Below are positions 1-8,607 of a stretch of DNA of 64,000 nt, one piece after another. The notes under the pieces are model-generated. The model did no database searches. It was not told where the DNA came from and worked only from the letters and a program-made list of their open reading frames with translations. Numbering within the stretch: position 1 is the first letter of the stretch; each line of letters starts with the position of its first letter. The DNA comes from Candidatus Latescibacterota bacterium (GTDB taxonomy: Bacteria > Latescibacterota > UBA2968 > GCA-2709665): contig CAXXXF010000012.1 of the NCBI GenBank assembly GCA_963667175.2, forward strand, positions 160,001 to 224,000. The letters are read 5' to 3'. Both the position numbers and the translations under genes were made by a program.

Positions 1-29
1 ATCGTTACGTCTACGTAGGTCGCGCCCAT
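1..29 (-). CDS. 5' end of a probable clan AA aspartic protease-like protein (runs off window)
   Basis: ATG at 29 preceded by a GGAG RBS; reads MGATYVDVT, like the N-terminus of small AF_0612-type aspartyl proteases; only 9 codons visible. Confidence 0.4.
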
Positions 30-104
30 CGTGAATCTCCTTTCGGCAGGTCCAGCACCATGGTTCGTGTCGCCGAAAAGATCACTGCAAACTTTCGTGC
101 CATT

Positions 105-1205
105 TCACCGTGCCAGCCAGGCGCTGAAGCGCTCGTTCATCTCGTCCTGGTGATCGCTCCACCACTCCCAGTTGTTGCGCAGCGCGCGCTTTAAATTCTG
201 CGGGCTGGTTGGCATGTGGGGATTCATATCCACGCCCTTTTCGGCGTGCGTCGAGATCAGCGGCGTCGCCGAGCGACGGGTTCCGCTGTATGCAATATGC
301 CGGGCCACGCCGGCCATGGACTGCGCGGTTGACGCGAATCTCAGGAACTTCAACGCGGCCTCGATATTGGGCGTGCCCGCGACAACGCCCAGCCCGCCGG
401 TGTCGAGCACCTGGCCGTCCCACACGATGACGAAGGGCTGGTTCTCCAGCACCTGAGCGTTGAAGATGCGCCCGTTGTAGGCCGTGCTCATCGCCACCTC
501 CCCGTCGGCCAGCATCTGCGGCGGCTGCGCCCCGGCCTCCCACCATACGATATGTTCCTTGATCGTGTCCAGTTTTCGGAACGCGCGGTCCACGCCGGCG
601 GGCGTATCGAGGACGGCGTACACCGAATCGATGGACACACCGTCGGCCATCAGCGCGAACTCCAGGTTCACCAGCGGCGAACGCCGCATCCCGCGACGCC
701 CCGGGAATTTCTCCAGGTCGAAGAAGTCGGCAATGGCGGCCGGTTTCTCGCCCTTGATGTGCTTCTCATTGTACGCGTATACGGTGGAGTAGAAAATCGT
801 TGCCGGACCGCAGTCCGTCATCGTCTCTGGCACAAAGTCCTCCGCCGCGGGCGTTGCGTCGGCTCCCGGCGGCAGCGATGCCGCGTCTACGGGTTCCAGC
901 AGCCCCTCGTCGCAACCGCGGACCAGGTCCGGGGTCTCCAGGTCGACCACGTCCCAGTACACGTTGCCCACGTCCACCTGCGCGCGAATCTGCGCCAGGC
1001 CGCCGTTGTAATCTTCGAGATTGATCTTGATACCCGTGTCCGCGGTAAACTGTTCGTGGTAGCCCTTGACGCAGGCGCGCGCGTAGGACCCGCCCCACGA
1101 AACCACGGTCAATGGCCGATCGCCGGCGAGCGCGCCTCCCGCGATCAGCACGGACAGTCCCGCCAACGACGCGATGCGAACGATGTTGCTCCATAGATCC
1201 TTCAT
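105..1205 (-). CDS. potD: Polyamine-type ABC transporter substrate-binding protein (substrate uncertain)
   Basis: Signal peptide; LTVVSWGGSY and WDVVD motifs; last gene of the ABC operon. Confidence 0.88.
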   Translation of the reverse strand: MKDLWSNIVRIASLAGLSVLIAGGALAGDRPLTVVSWGGSYARACVKGYHEQFTADTGIKINLEDYNGGLAQIRAQVDVGNVYWDVVDLETPDLVRGCDEGLLEPVDAASLPPGADATPAAEDFVPETMTDCGPATIFYSTVYAYNEKHIKGEKPAAIADFFDLEKFPGRRGMRRSPLVNLEFALMADGVSIDSVYAVLDTPAGVDRAFRKLDTIKEHIVWWEAGAQPPQMLADGEVAMSTAYNGRIFNAQVLENQPFVIVWDGQVLDTGGLGVVAGTPNIEAALKFLRFASTAQSMAGVARHIAYSGTRRSATPLISTHAEKGVDMNPHMPTSPQNLKRALRNNWEWWSDHQDEMNERFSAWLAR

Positions 1206-2311
1206 GTAGATTCCTCCTCGTTTTCCGGGTCCAGTACCCGGCAGTCCGTGGGCGTCCAGCCGATCCGGACGTTGTCACCCACCAGCATGGCGCCGTGCCC
1301 CACGATATTCGGTATCTTCGCGATAAAGTCCGACCGGCCGCAGACGTTGACGCGAACTCGCAGATGGTCGCCCAGAAACGTGATGTCTTCGATAATCGCA
1401 TCCAGTTCGTTCGTGTACAGCCCCGCCTCCGGCGAGACGGCGACGCGTTCCGGGCGAATCGAAAGCGTTGTGGCGTCGCCGGGCCGGCACGGCGCAACGC
1501 GCAGCGCCCGGACGATCTGACCGCCGGTTTCCACCTCGCAGATGTCCCCGTCGACGCTCCTCACGCGGCCATGGAGACGGTTGTTTTCCCCGATAAAGCG
1601 GGCGACGAAGGAGCGTTCCGGCTCTTCGTAGAGGACCTCGGGTTCGGCCACCTGCTCGACGTCTCCGCTCCGCAGCACCGCAATCCGGTCCGACATGACC
1701 ATTGCCTCCTCCTGATCATGCGTCACGTACACCATGGTGACGCCGAGGCTTTTGTGGATGCGCCGGATTTCGTATTGCATCTCCTCCCGCAAGCGCCGGT
1801 CGAGCGCGCCCAGGGGTTCGTCCATCAATACCAGCTCGGGCTCGAAGACCAGCGCGCGAGCGATTGCCACGCGCTGCTGCTGGCCGCCGGAGAGCTGCCC
1901 GGGCCGCCGGTCCTCGAGCCCGTCGAGCCGAACCAGCCGGAGGGCGCGAGCCACGCGTTCCCGGCATTGCGCCTCGTCCAGTCCCCGCACCTCCAGCGGA
2001 AAGGCGAGGTTCCGGCCCACCGTCATGTGGGGAAAGAGCGCGTAATTCTGAAAGACCATGCCGATCCCGCGTTTGCGCGGGGGCAGTTCATGCACGGACC
2101 GACCGTCGATGCGAATGGCGCCCGAGGTCGGCGTTTCGAAACCGGCCAGCATCATCAGGCAGGTGGTCTTGCCCGATCCGGACGGCCCGAGCATGGTCAG
2201 GAATTCACCCTTTTTCACGCTGAGATCGAGATTTTCGACGACCAGGGTCCTGCCGTCGAAGCTCTTGCTGACACCCTCGAACTCGACGTACGCGTTGTCG
2301 TTTCCTTGCAT
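1202..2311 (-). CDS. potA: ABC transporter ATPase, PotA family
   Basis: Walker A GPSGSGKT, signature LSGGQQQR, Walker B VLMDEP, C-terminal TOBE-like region; start moved to MQGND at 2311. Confidence 0.92.
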   Translation of the reverse strand: MQGNDNAYVEFEGVSKSFDGRTLVVENLDLSVKKGEFLTMLGPSGSGKTTCLMMLAGFETPTSGAIRIDGRSVHELPPRKRGIGMVFQNYALFPHMTVGRNLAFPLEVRGLDEAQCRERVARALRLVRLDGLEDRRPGQLSGGQQQRVAIARALVFEPELVLMDEPLGALDRRLREEMQYEIRRIHKSLGVTMVYVTHDQEEAMVMSDRIAVLRSGDVEQVAEPEVLYEEPERSFVARFIGENNRLHGRVRSVDGDICEVETGGQIVRALRVAPCRPGDATTLSIRPERVAVSPEAGLYTNELDAIIEDITFLGDHLRVRVNVCGRSDFIAKIPNIVGHGAMLVGDNVRIGWTPTDCRVLDPENEEEST

Positions 2312-2378
2312 TGAGGCGGCCTCTACGAACGGTGTTCGGTTTACTGGTTTCGCGAACGCGGCGGTCTGCCGCGGCGGC

Positions 2379-3203
2379 CTATCTTGCAGCGGAACGCCTT
2401 CGCATCCATTCAACGGCAAACAACAGCAGGACGGCGAAGACAATCAGAAACGTCGCCACCGCAAGGATGGTGGGGCTGATCTGCTCGCGGATTCCGGCCC
2501 ACATCTGACGCGGAATCGTACGCTGCTCGATGGCGGCCATGAACAGCACCACGACCACTTCATCGAAAGACGTGGCAAACGCGAAGAGCGCCCCCGAGAT
2601 CACGCCCGGCGCGATCAACGGCAGTTGGACGCGACGAAAGACGCGCACGGGCCCCGCGCCCAGGCTGGCGGCCGCACGCGTCAGATTGGTGTCGAACGCG
2701 GAGAGCGTGGCGGTCACCGTAATCACCACGAACGGCGTTCCCAGCGCGGCGTGGGCCAGAATCAACCCGATATGGGTCTGGGCCAGACCCAGGTTCGAGT
2801 AGAAGAAGAACATCCCCGCCGCCGCGATGATCACCGGGGTCACCATGGGCGAAATGAGCAGGCCCATCGCCCAGCGGCGGCCGGGCATGGCCGGGCTGGA
2901 AAGCCCCATCGCGGCGAGCGTTCCGAGTCCGGTCGCCAGCACCGTGGACGCGATGCCGATGACCAGACTGTTGACGAGCGCGCGCGTCCATACCTCGTTC
3001 TCGACGATCTGACGGTACCATCGCAGCGAATACGCGTCCGCGTCCAGACGCAGCATGCCCTCTGTAAAGGTGAAGTAGGGCTCCGCATTGAAGCTCAGAG
3101 GTACGATCACGAGGATCGGCGCAATGAGAAACAGGAAAACGGCCGTGCAGAAGCCAACGTAAATGAAACGGCCCACCCGTTCCCGCGTTCCGGCAGTCGC
3201 CAT
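2379..3203 (-). CDS. potC: ABC permease, PotC family
   Basis: VIVPLSFN, AAASLGA (EAA loop), FATSFDEVVV. Confidence 0.9.
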   Translation of the reverse strand: MATAGTRERVGRFIYVGFCTAVFLFLIAPILVIVPLSFNAEPYFTFTEGMLRLDADAYSLRWYRQIVENEVWTRALVNSLVIGIASTVLATGLGTLAAMGLSSPAMPGRRWAMGLLISPMVTPVIIAAAGMFFFYSNLGLAQTHIGLILAHAALGTPFVVITVTATLSAFDTNLTRAAASLGAGPVRVFRRVQLPLIAPGVISGALFAFATSFDEVVVVLFMAAIEQRTIPRQMWAGIREQISPTILAVATFLIVFAVLLLFAVEWMRRRSAAR

Positions 3204-3204
3204 C

Positions 3205-4419
3205 TCAACCCAACCTCATCCGCTCGATACCCACCAGACGGTCGTAGAGCAGATACAACGCCCCCACACAGGCCAGCAGGATGCCGCCGAGCGCCGCGGC
3301 AAGCCCCCAGTTGAGCGAGGTCTGCATGTGGAACGCAATCATATTGGAGATGAGTTGCCCGCTGCTCCCGCCCACCAGTGCGGGTGTGATATAGTACCCG
3401 ATGGCAAGAATGAATACCAGGAGCGATCCCGCGCTCACGCCGGGCAGCGACTGCGGCCAGTACACACGCCAGAAAGCCTGAAAGGAACTTGCGCCGAGGG
3501 AGGCCGCAGCGCTCATCTGAATGGGCGGAATGCCGCGCATGACCGAATAGAGCGGGAGAACCATAAAGGGAAGCAGCACGTGCGTCATCGCCACCAGCGT
3601 GCCGATCATGTTGTAAATCATGGCGAGCCGGCCGTCGTCGCCGATCAGCCCCAGAGTCACGAGCAGGTCGTTGAGTACGCCCTGGGTCTGCAACAGCACG
3701 ATCCAGGACGTGGTCCGCACAAGCAGCGACGTCCAGAACGGGACCAGCACAAGAATCAGAAGCAGATTGCCAATGCGCGGGGGCGCGTGCGCGATCAGGC
3801 GGGCAATCGGGTAACCGAGCAACAGACACAGCGCCGTGATGGTGAGGCTCACCCAGAGGGTCCGCCACAGCAAGGGAAGATAGATGCGTCGTTCTTCGGG
3901 TTGCCGCCCGACTGCGCCGTTCGGCAGGCGTTGAAGGTCGAGGGCGTTCAGATAGTGACGCGCGGTGTATCGCTCCCCGGCGCTCCGGATCGCGTGCCAG
4001 GTCCGCGCGTCCGCCCAGGCGGCGTCGATGCCGGTCATGGCGTCGCGCCACGGACCGCTGTCGACCTGACGGAGCCGCCGGGCGCTCTTCGTCAACACGC
4101 TTCGGAGCCCGCTCCGGACCCGGTTGACGCGGCTGGCAATCTGTCCGAGGGTCCGATCTTCGCGCGCCTGAACCAGTTCTCGCGCGGCCGACTCGTAGAC
4201 CGCCTCCGCGGGAGTGCTGCTGCCGTCCCAGTCGTTCAACAGCCCCAGCGTTCGCGGCAGGGCGTCGGAGACCACGGGATCGTACACGCTCCGCACCAGC
4301 ATCGTCGCAAGCGGCGCGACGAAGGTGAAACCGACAAAAGCCATCAGCGGCAGCGCCAGCCCCGCGGCGCGCAACCGGGGGCGGAGATTCGGGTTCTTAA
4401 TGTGCCGGTTTGACGCCAT
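3205..4419 (-). CDS. potB: ABC permease, PotB family, with extended periplasmic N-terminal loop
   Basis: LVPFWTSLLVRT, AAASLGA, GYYITPALVGG. Confidence 0.9.
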   Translation of the reverse strand: MASNRHIKNPNLRPRLRAAGLALPLMAFVGFTFVAPLATMLVRSVYDPVVSDALPRTLGLLNDWDGSSTPAEAVYESAARELVQAREDRTLGQIASRVNRVRSGLRSVLTKSARRLRQVDSGPWRDAMTGIDAAWADARTWHAIRSAGERYTARHYLNALDLQRLPNGAVGRQPEERRIYLPLLWRTLWVSLTITALCLLLGYPIARLIAHAPPRIGNLLLILVLVPFWTSLLVRTTSWIVLLQTQGVLNDLLVTLGLIGDDGRLAMIYNMIGTLVAMTHVLLPFMVLPLYSVMRGIPPIQMSAAASLGASSFQAFWRVYWPQSLPGVSAGSLLVFILAIGYYITPALVGGSSGQLISNMIAFHMQTSLNWGLAAALGGILLACVGALYLLYDRLVGIERMRLG

Positions 4420-4460
4420 GCGGAAGATGTGATTCTCTTATTGGACGATTTAATTGAGAA

Positions 4461-4635
4461 AACGAACATCAGAAACTACGAAACACGCGAAAAAGCGCGA
4501 AAAATACCTGACTGAACCTAGTTAAGTCATAAAACGGAACTTACGTGGATAGACAGGACGAAAACCAAAAAGCACGAGAAAACGGGAAACCCAAAGAGCG
4601 CGACAAAGGCATTTGCCACAAAAGGCACAAAGGGA
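4461..4635 (+). repeat. Cluster of A-rich short motifs with ~9-nt periodicity
   Basis: ctacgaaac-acgcgaaaa-agcgcgaaa; gcacgagaa-aacgggaaa; gccacaaaa-ggcacaaag; strongly T-poor on the + strand. Confidence 0.5.
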
Positions 4636-4649
4636 AATCTGTTTCTGTC

Positions 4650-4704
4650 CCGGACAGCGGTGAATCGACACCAAGCCGACTACCCCTCTTGCAGGTGTGC
4701 CCAT
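4650..4704 (-). pseudogene. N-terminal stump of a PemK/MazF-like toxin
   Basis: MGTPARGVVGLVS overlaps the antitoxin end and resembles MazF starts (MVTPARGAVVLVPFP); similarity is lost after ~13 codons. Confidence 0.4.
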
Positions 4705-4856
4705 GCGGCATCCTCTTCCGGACGATTCCAGTCGTCAGCGAGTGAGGGTTCACTCAACAACGCCGTTTCAGAAGGTTCGATCCTTCCAGTGGCGTCTGCT
4801 TCGTTCCGGCCGGAGGCGCGGTCGAATTCGCAATCGGATATCTGCTTCTCCGGCAT
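4680..4856 (-). CDS. Small putative antitoxin (58 aa, below the ORF-track cutoff)
   Basis: Translated by hand: MPEKQIS...ETALLSEPSLADDWNRPEEDAAWAHLQEG; this C-terminal motif is typical of small antitoxins upstream of PemK/MazF genes. Confidence 0.65.
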   Translation of the reverse strand: MPEKQISDCEFDRASGRNEADATGRIEPSETALLSEPSLADDWNRPEEDAAWAHLQEG

Positions 4857-4860
4857 CTAT

Positions 4861-5019
4861 CGTCCGTTGAAAAAGTCGCTCTGCAGGCGAGCCCGAGGCA
4901 TTGTGGCCGAAGACAAGGCGCGCGACCGACGCGAATCTCTGGATTCGGGGAGGGAGCGCAACGCCGTGTTTCGGCCACATGGGCCGGACGCAGACCGGAT
5001 GGACTTTATCAACGGGCTG
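4861..5019. mobile_element. MITE copy 1 (~159 bp)
   Basis: Terminal inverted repeats ccgttgaaaaagtc / gactttatcaacgg; internal IR tgtggccgaa/ttcggccaca; near-identical inverted copy at 46508-46714. Confidence 0.85.
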
Positions 5020-5586
5020 CTAAGGTCCGAATGTGGGGCAGCCCACAAGTGTTGGCGCGCAGCCTTCGGGAACGGGAACCTGAAACGCATTGAGGGTCTG
5101 CGCCACCAGGCTGTAATAGCCGACGATTCCCGTCAGCTCCACAACACCGGTCTTGCCGAGCGCTTCCTGCGCCGCGCTGAATACGCCATCCGGAACAACG
5201 TGCTTCCCCAACAATTCGCTGACGAAGTCAAAAACGGCGCGTTCGTCGTCTCGGCCGAAACCGGGCGCCCGTCCGTGCCGGACCGCGTCGATGAGTTCCT
5301 GACTCAATCCGCTTTCGACGGCGAAGGGTTCGTGCAGGGACCACTCCACCTGGCAGTCCCAGAATCGCGCGGTCACCAGGATGGCCAGTTCGCTCAGCCT
5401 GGGCGCCAGGCTCGTGCGGTACCGCACGAATTCACCCAGGCTCTGGGCGCGGTCGGCCAACTCCGGGCTGTGCAGCCAGACGCCGAACGGCCCGGAAATG
5501 CTGCCCCGGGACTCGAGGATCGCGTCGTAGATGCGCGCCTGCTCCGGATTCAGTTCGGCGCGCTCCAACTGGCCTGGTCTGGTCAT
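5020..5586 (-). CDS. Carboxymuconolactone decarboxylase/AhpD-like protein
   Basis: GPFGVWLHSPELA, RLSELAILVTARFW, EWSLH. Confidence 0.88.
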   Translation of the reverse strand: MTRPGQLERAELNPEQARIYDAILESRGSISGPFGVWLHSPELADRAQSLGEFVRYRTSLAPRLSELAILVTARFWDCQVEWSLHEPFAVESGLSQELIDAVRHGRAPGFGRDDERAVFDFVSELLGKHVVPDGVFSAAQEALGKTGVVELTGIVGYYSLVAQTLNAFQVPVPEGCAPTLVGCPTFGP

Positions 5587-5670
5587 TCGCGAAGGCTCCG
5601 CATCGTTGAACTCAGGTCGATGTCAAAAGGATGTTGGGGGAAATCTCTTTAAAGGAGCGCAAATTCGTGT

Positions 5671-5799
5671 TCACCGGCTTGCCAATTCGACGGTCGACGT
5701 CGCCGGTGGCAGAGGCTTCCCGTCCTTATGATATATCGCGATCGCCTCCTCGACAATCTGGCATAGGTGATCGAAGACGGCACGCGCGAGTTCAGCGAC
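5671..5799 (-). pseudogene. hicA'-'hicB deletion relic
   Basis: Reads VAELARA-VFDHLCQIVEEAIAIYHKDGKPLPPATSTVELASR*; left part matches HicA (8304-8501), right part matches the HicB C-terminus (8083-8307). Confidence 0.8.
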
Positions 5800-5840
5800 G
5801 ACATTGGAGTTGATTATACCATTAAAGGAGCAAGTGAGTC

Positions 5841-5922
5841 GTAGCACAAACTGTTAGTTTGTGCACCGTAAGAAATCCCATCCACGTTTGTCCTCAGCAC
5901 GCAAGCTGACAGTTTGCGCTAC
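5841..5922. repeat. REPIN 1 (inverted pair of GTAG-type REPs, 82 bp)
   Basis: GTAGcacaaactgttagtttgtgc ... acgcaagctgacagtttgcgCTAC, next to a RAYT gene. Confidence 0.88.
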
Positions 5923-5940
5923 CTTCGAAGGCCCGGAAAT

Positions 5941-5985
5941 GCCGCCCTTATCCACAAATCCGGCCCGCACGAGCTCTGAGACCAT
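5941..5985 (-). pseudogene. Second hicA fragment
   Basis: MVSELVRAGFVDKGG versus HicA LVAELARAGFVDRGG. Confidence 0.7.
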
Positions 5986-6023
5986 AAAGAAGCCAATTAC
6001 ACCGTCAAAAAAGCAAGTGGGTC

Positions 6024-6105
6024 GTAGCACAAACTGTTAGTTTGTGCACCGTAAGAAATCCCATCCACGTCTGTCCTCAGCACGCAAACTGACAGTTTGC
6101 GCTAC
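6024..6105. repeat. REPIN 2 (82 bp), overlapping the RAYT stop codon
   Basis: Near-identical to REPIN 1 at an offset of 183 bp. Confidence 0.88.
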
Positions 6106-6844
6106 GGTCCGATGCCCGGCGATAACTCCAACGCCACTCTTCCCAATTTTCCACGAGACCCGCTTTCACCGGGTTGTTAAGAATGTACGTTATAATCCGC
6201 TCCCATTCACTTGCATCCCGAATACATCGATCGTAACTTTCGTGCTGCCAGAATGACCCTTGCCGCCTTAATAGCCGATTTGCTTTCCATGCTGTATAGC
6301 CTTTCAGCGATTGCATAATCGAGGAAAGCGAGTTATAGCACGAATCGCCCGCTTCAGCCGAATTGTCCCGCAAGCTGTCGGAATGCGTTACGGACGGTTG
6401 GGTCACAAGTGGCGCAAACACAATATGAACGTGATTGGCCATGATACAGTAGGCATCCAACCGGTACACCTTCCCATCTCGGTAGCGCAGACTCTCATCC
6501 ACCTCTTTAGCGATTCGCTCATCTTTGAGCCACAAGGGTCCACTTTGCGCACTATCCAGCGTTGTCTCGAATTTCCGGAACCACTGTCGCTGCCATTCCG
6601 ACTCGCGATCTTCCGCATCACGTTCTTTGTCGAGTGTAACGCGTCCTGCTGAGGCAACGCGGCTCCGCAACGAGGCAAGACGCTCTTTTTCTTTTTCGAG
6701 TTGGTGTTTCTCCTGCGCCCATTCTTGCAAGACGATCCGCGGCAGGGAACCTGCAAGATGGAACGTGACAAAGAAAGTTGCGCCGGGCGGCTGTATATGC
6801 GGCAGGTTGCGACGATAGTACGGCTTGTAGTCAAATTGGCTCAT
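6077..6844 (-). mobile_element. REP-associated tyrosine transposase (RAYT, HUH Y1 family)
   Basis: YRRNLPH, FFVTF, YCIMANHVH (HUH), FWQHESYD, YILNNPVKAGL; flanked by REPs. Confidence 0.92.
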
Positions 6845-6871
6845 GTGCTATTTCGTTCTCGGTAGATCGTG

Positions 6872-7090
6872 TCAAGTGTCGCCTGCCCGCAATATGCCTT
6901 GCAGCCGACCCTTTTCTTTTTCTTCGAATGCCTCCGAGATCAAGAAATCCAATTTGCCGGCCCTTGAATCCGCTTCAATCCGCCGATCCCATTTTCTCCA
7001 GTCCAATTCGCTAAACGATTGTCTTAATTCAACATAATCAGATTCCGGAAGCGCCATAATCGCGTCCTTTATTTCAGCTATTTTTGTCAT
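6872..7090 (-). CDS. Small putative antitoxin (orphan)
   Basis: 72 aa with WDRRIEADSRAGKLDFLISEA, typical of small proteins upstream of RelE/ParE-like toxins; no toxin follows. Confidence 0.6.
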   Translation of the reverse strand: MTKIAEIKDAIMALPESDYVELRQSFSELDWRKWDRRIEADSRAGKLDFLISEAFEEKEKGRLQGILRAGDT

Positions 7091-7285
7091 TTTACATACC
7101 CCTCGTCAAATCCGTTTCCAGACAAAGACTGCGATTCTTGAACACCGATTTTCCGATCAGGTGGAAAAGATCGACCCCAGCCATCCAGTGATATACGGGA
7201 TGGTTTCAGAAGCAACTACGCGGGACTTTGAAATCTCGACGAATGAAATCGATTGAACCGAATTGATCGTACTCCTTTGCACGTC

Positions 7286-7314
7286 CAATTCGGGAGACGC
7301 CGTCTCCCGAATTG
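7286..7314. repeat. Perfect 14-bp inverted repeat
   Basis: caattcgggagacg-c-cgtctcccgaattg. Confidence 0.8.
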
Positions 7315-7528
7315 CAGCTTACACTATGGAGAAGAGCCGATACCGCCGCCACTCCGTCTCGTCCACTCGCACCGACCCATCTCTCCGTAGCCTACCGGCA
7401 AGCTTTACAAGAACTGTGTTCCCAATTTGTGACCGCTTCTTGGAGATCAAGGTATACGTAGCCCACCCATTCCGACAGTCTCGCCTCATTAACCCGCAGG
7501 ATGGACGTTTTCTGCACGGTGTTTGGTT

Positions 7529-7813
7529 CTATTGTCTACCTCGGTCAGGATTCATCCATTGGGGAAGCGGAGTCCCCGTCGCCTCTGCATACAAAGTCTC
7601 AGGTGCGATGTCGATTTCGCTTCCCCACGTAAGTACCCCAAGCTCCTCGTTCACGTTAAAGCTCCGAAAGTACTCGAGGTCCCTGAATCGCTCGAACACG
7701 CCACGCCTTTCCAGTTGTTTCGCGAAGTCAACGGTCCCGCGCCGGCCGTCATCGAACTCCAGTTCTATTCGATAGCCACCCTGGTAGGTTGCAGAAATCA
7801 CGTCGTGCAGCAT
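7529..7813 (-). CDS. DUF2442 family protein (DhiA-like antitoxin), copy 1
   Basis: YRIELEFDDGRRG ... LTWGSEIDIAPETLY. Confidence 0.88.
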   Translation of the reverse strand: MLHDVISATYQGGYRIELEFDDGRRGTVDFAKQLERRGVFERFRDLEYFRSFNVNEELGVLTWGSEIDIAPETLYAEATGTPLPQWMNPDRGRQ

Positions 7814-7826
7814 CCGCGGTTCCCTT

Positions 7827-7979
7827 CTATTGCAGAGGTGGTATTCTTCCTGGGGGCATGTCGTCGCACGTCGAATCCCAGTTTTCCATCAACTCCGGCT
7901 GATGTTGGGACGCCCACTCGACGACCAGACCCAGAATCCGCGGAGCCAGTCTCCCTTCCAATACCCGCAGTGAGGACAT
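7827..7979 (-). pseudogene. 5'-truncated DUF4160 (DhiT-like toxin)
   Basis: Hand translation MSSLRVLEGRLAPRILGLVVEWASQHQPELMENW...RIPPLQ* is the C-terminal half only; the N-terminal HxPPHFH region is absent. Confidence 0.75.
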
Positions 7980-8082
7980 CTCGGGCAAATTGAATCCTCT
8001 CGCTCATTTGTATAGTGTAAAACCACCGCAACGAAAGACCCCATCACCAGGTCGCGGCGACTACTGAGCACGTCTTTACGGC

Positions 8083-8307
8083 TCATCGGCTTGCTAATTC
8101 GACGGTCGACGTCGCCGGGGGCAACGGCTTCCCGTCCTCCTGATATAATTCAATTGCGTCCTCTACAATCTGGCAGAGTTGATCGAAGACGGCCCGTTCA
8201 TCGTCTCCGTGGCAGCCGCCGTAAATCAGACCGGGCGCGCTCCCGACATAACATCCATCCTCCTCCGACCATTCGACAATCTTTGCGTACCTCGCGCTGG
8301 CTTTCAT
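8083..8307 (-). CDS. hicB: HicB family antitoxin
   Basis: YAKIVEWSEEDGCYVGSAPGL...GCHGDDE...DGKPLP. Confidence 0.88.
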   Translation of the reverse strand: MKASARYAKIVEWSEEDGCYVGSAPGLIYGGCHGDDERAVFDQLCQIVEDAIELYQEDGKPLPPATSTVELASR

Positions 8308-8501
8308 TTTTCTGACTCCTCGATTGCCAATCGTACGGCACGAACTTGGTAATGCCTAGCGTCGTCACCCGAATTACCCGAGATCGTTAGCGGTTGACTC
8401 AGGTTCGGGTGTACAAAGTTCCTATGGTTACCCTTGCCGCCCCTATCCACAAATCCAGCCCGCGCGAGTTCTGCGACTAATTCCCTCACCTTTGGCGGCA
8501 C
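8304..8501 (-). CDS. hicA: HicA family toxin
   Basis: AGF..RGGKGNHRNFVHP with catalytic His; overlaps the hicB start. Confidence 0.88.
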   Translation of the reverse strand: MPPKVRELVAELARAGFVDRGGKGNHRNFVHPNLSQPLTISGNSGDDARHYQVRAVRLAIEESEK

Positions 8502-8607
8502 CAGGATCCCTTCCGACTCATATCCATATATCGATGGATGTCCATGTCTTCATGCGGATTCGGATCCATAAACAGAATGATGAGCGTTTTCCGGACGGAG
8601 CGTGGTG

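Noticed and set aside
5841-6105. CRISPR-like repeats
   Set aside because: Only two units with near-identical internal spacers, inverted REP geometry, an adjacent RAYT and no cas genes
6640-6685. Second degenerate REP inside the RAYT gene (gtaacgcg…)
   Set aside because: Too little identity to the REP consensus to distinguish from chance
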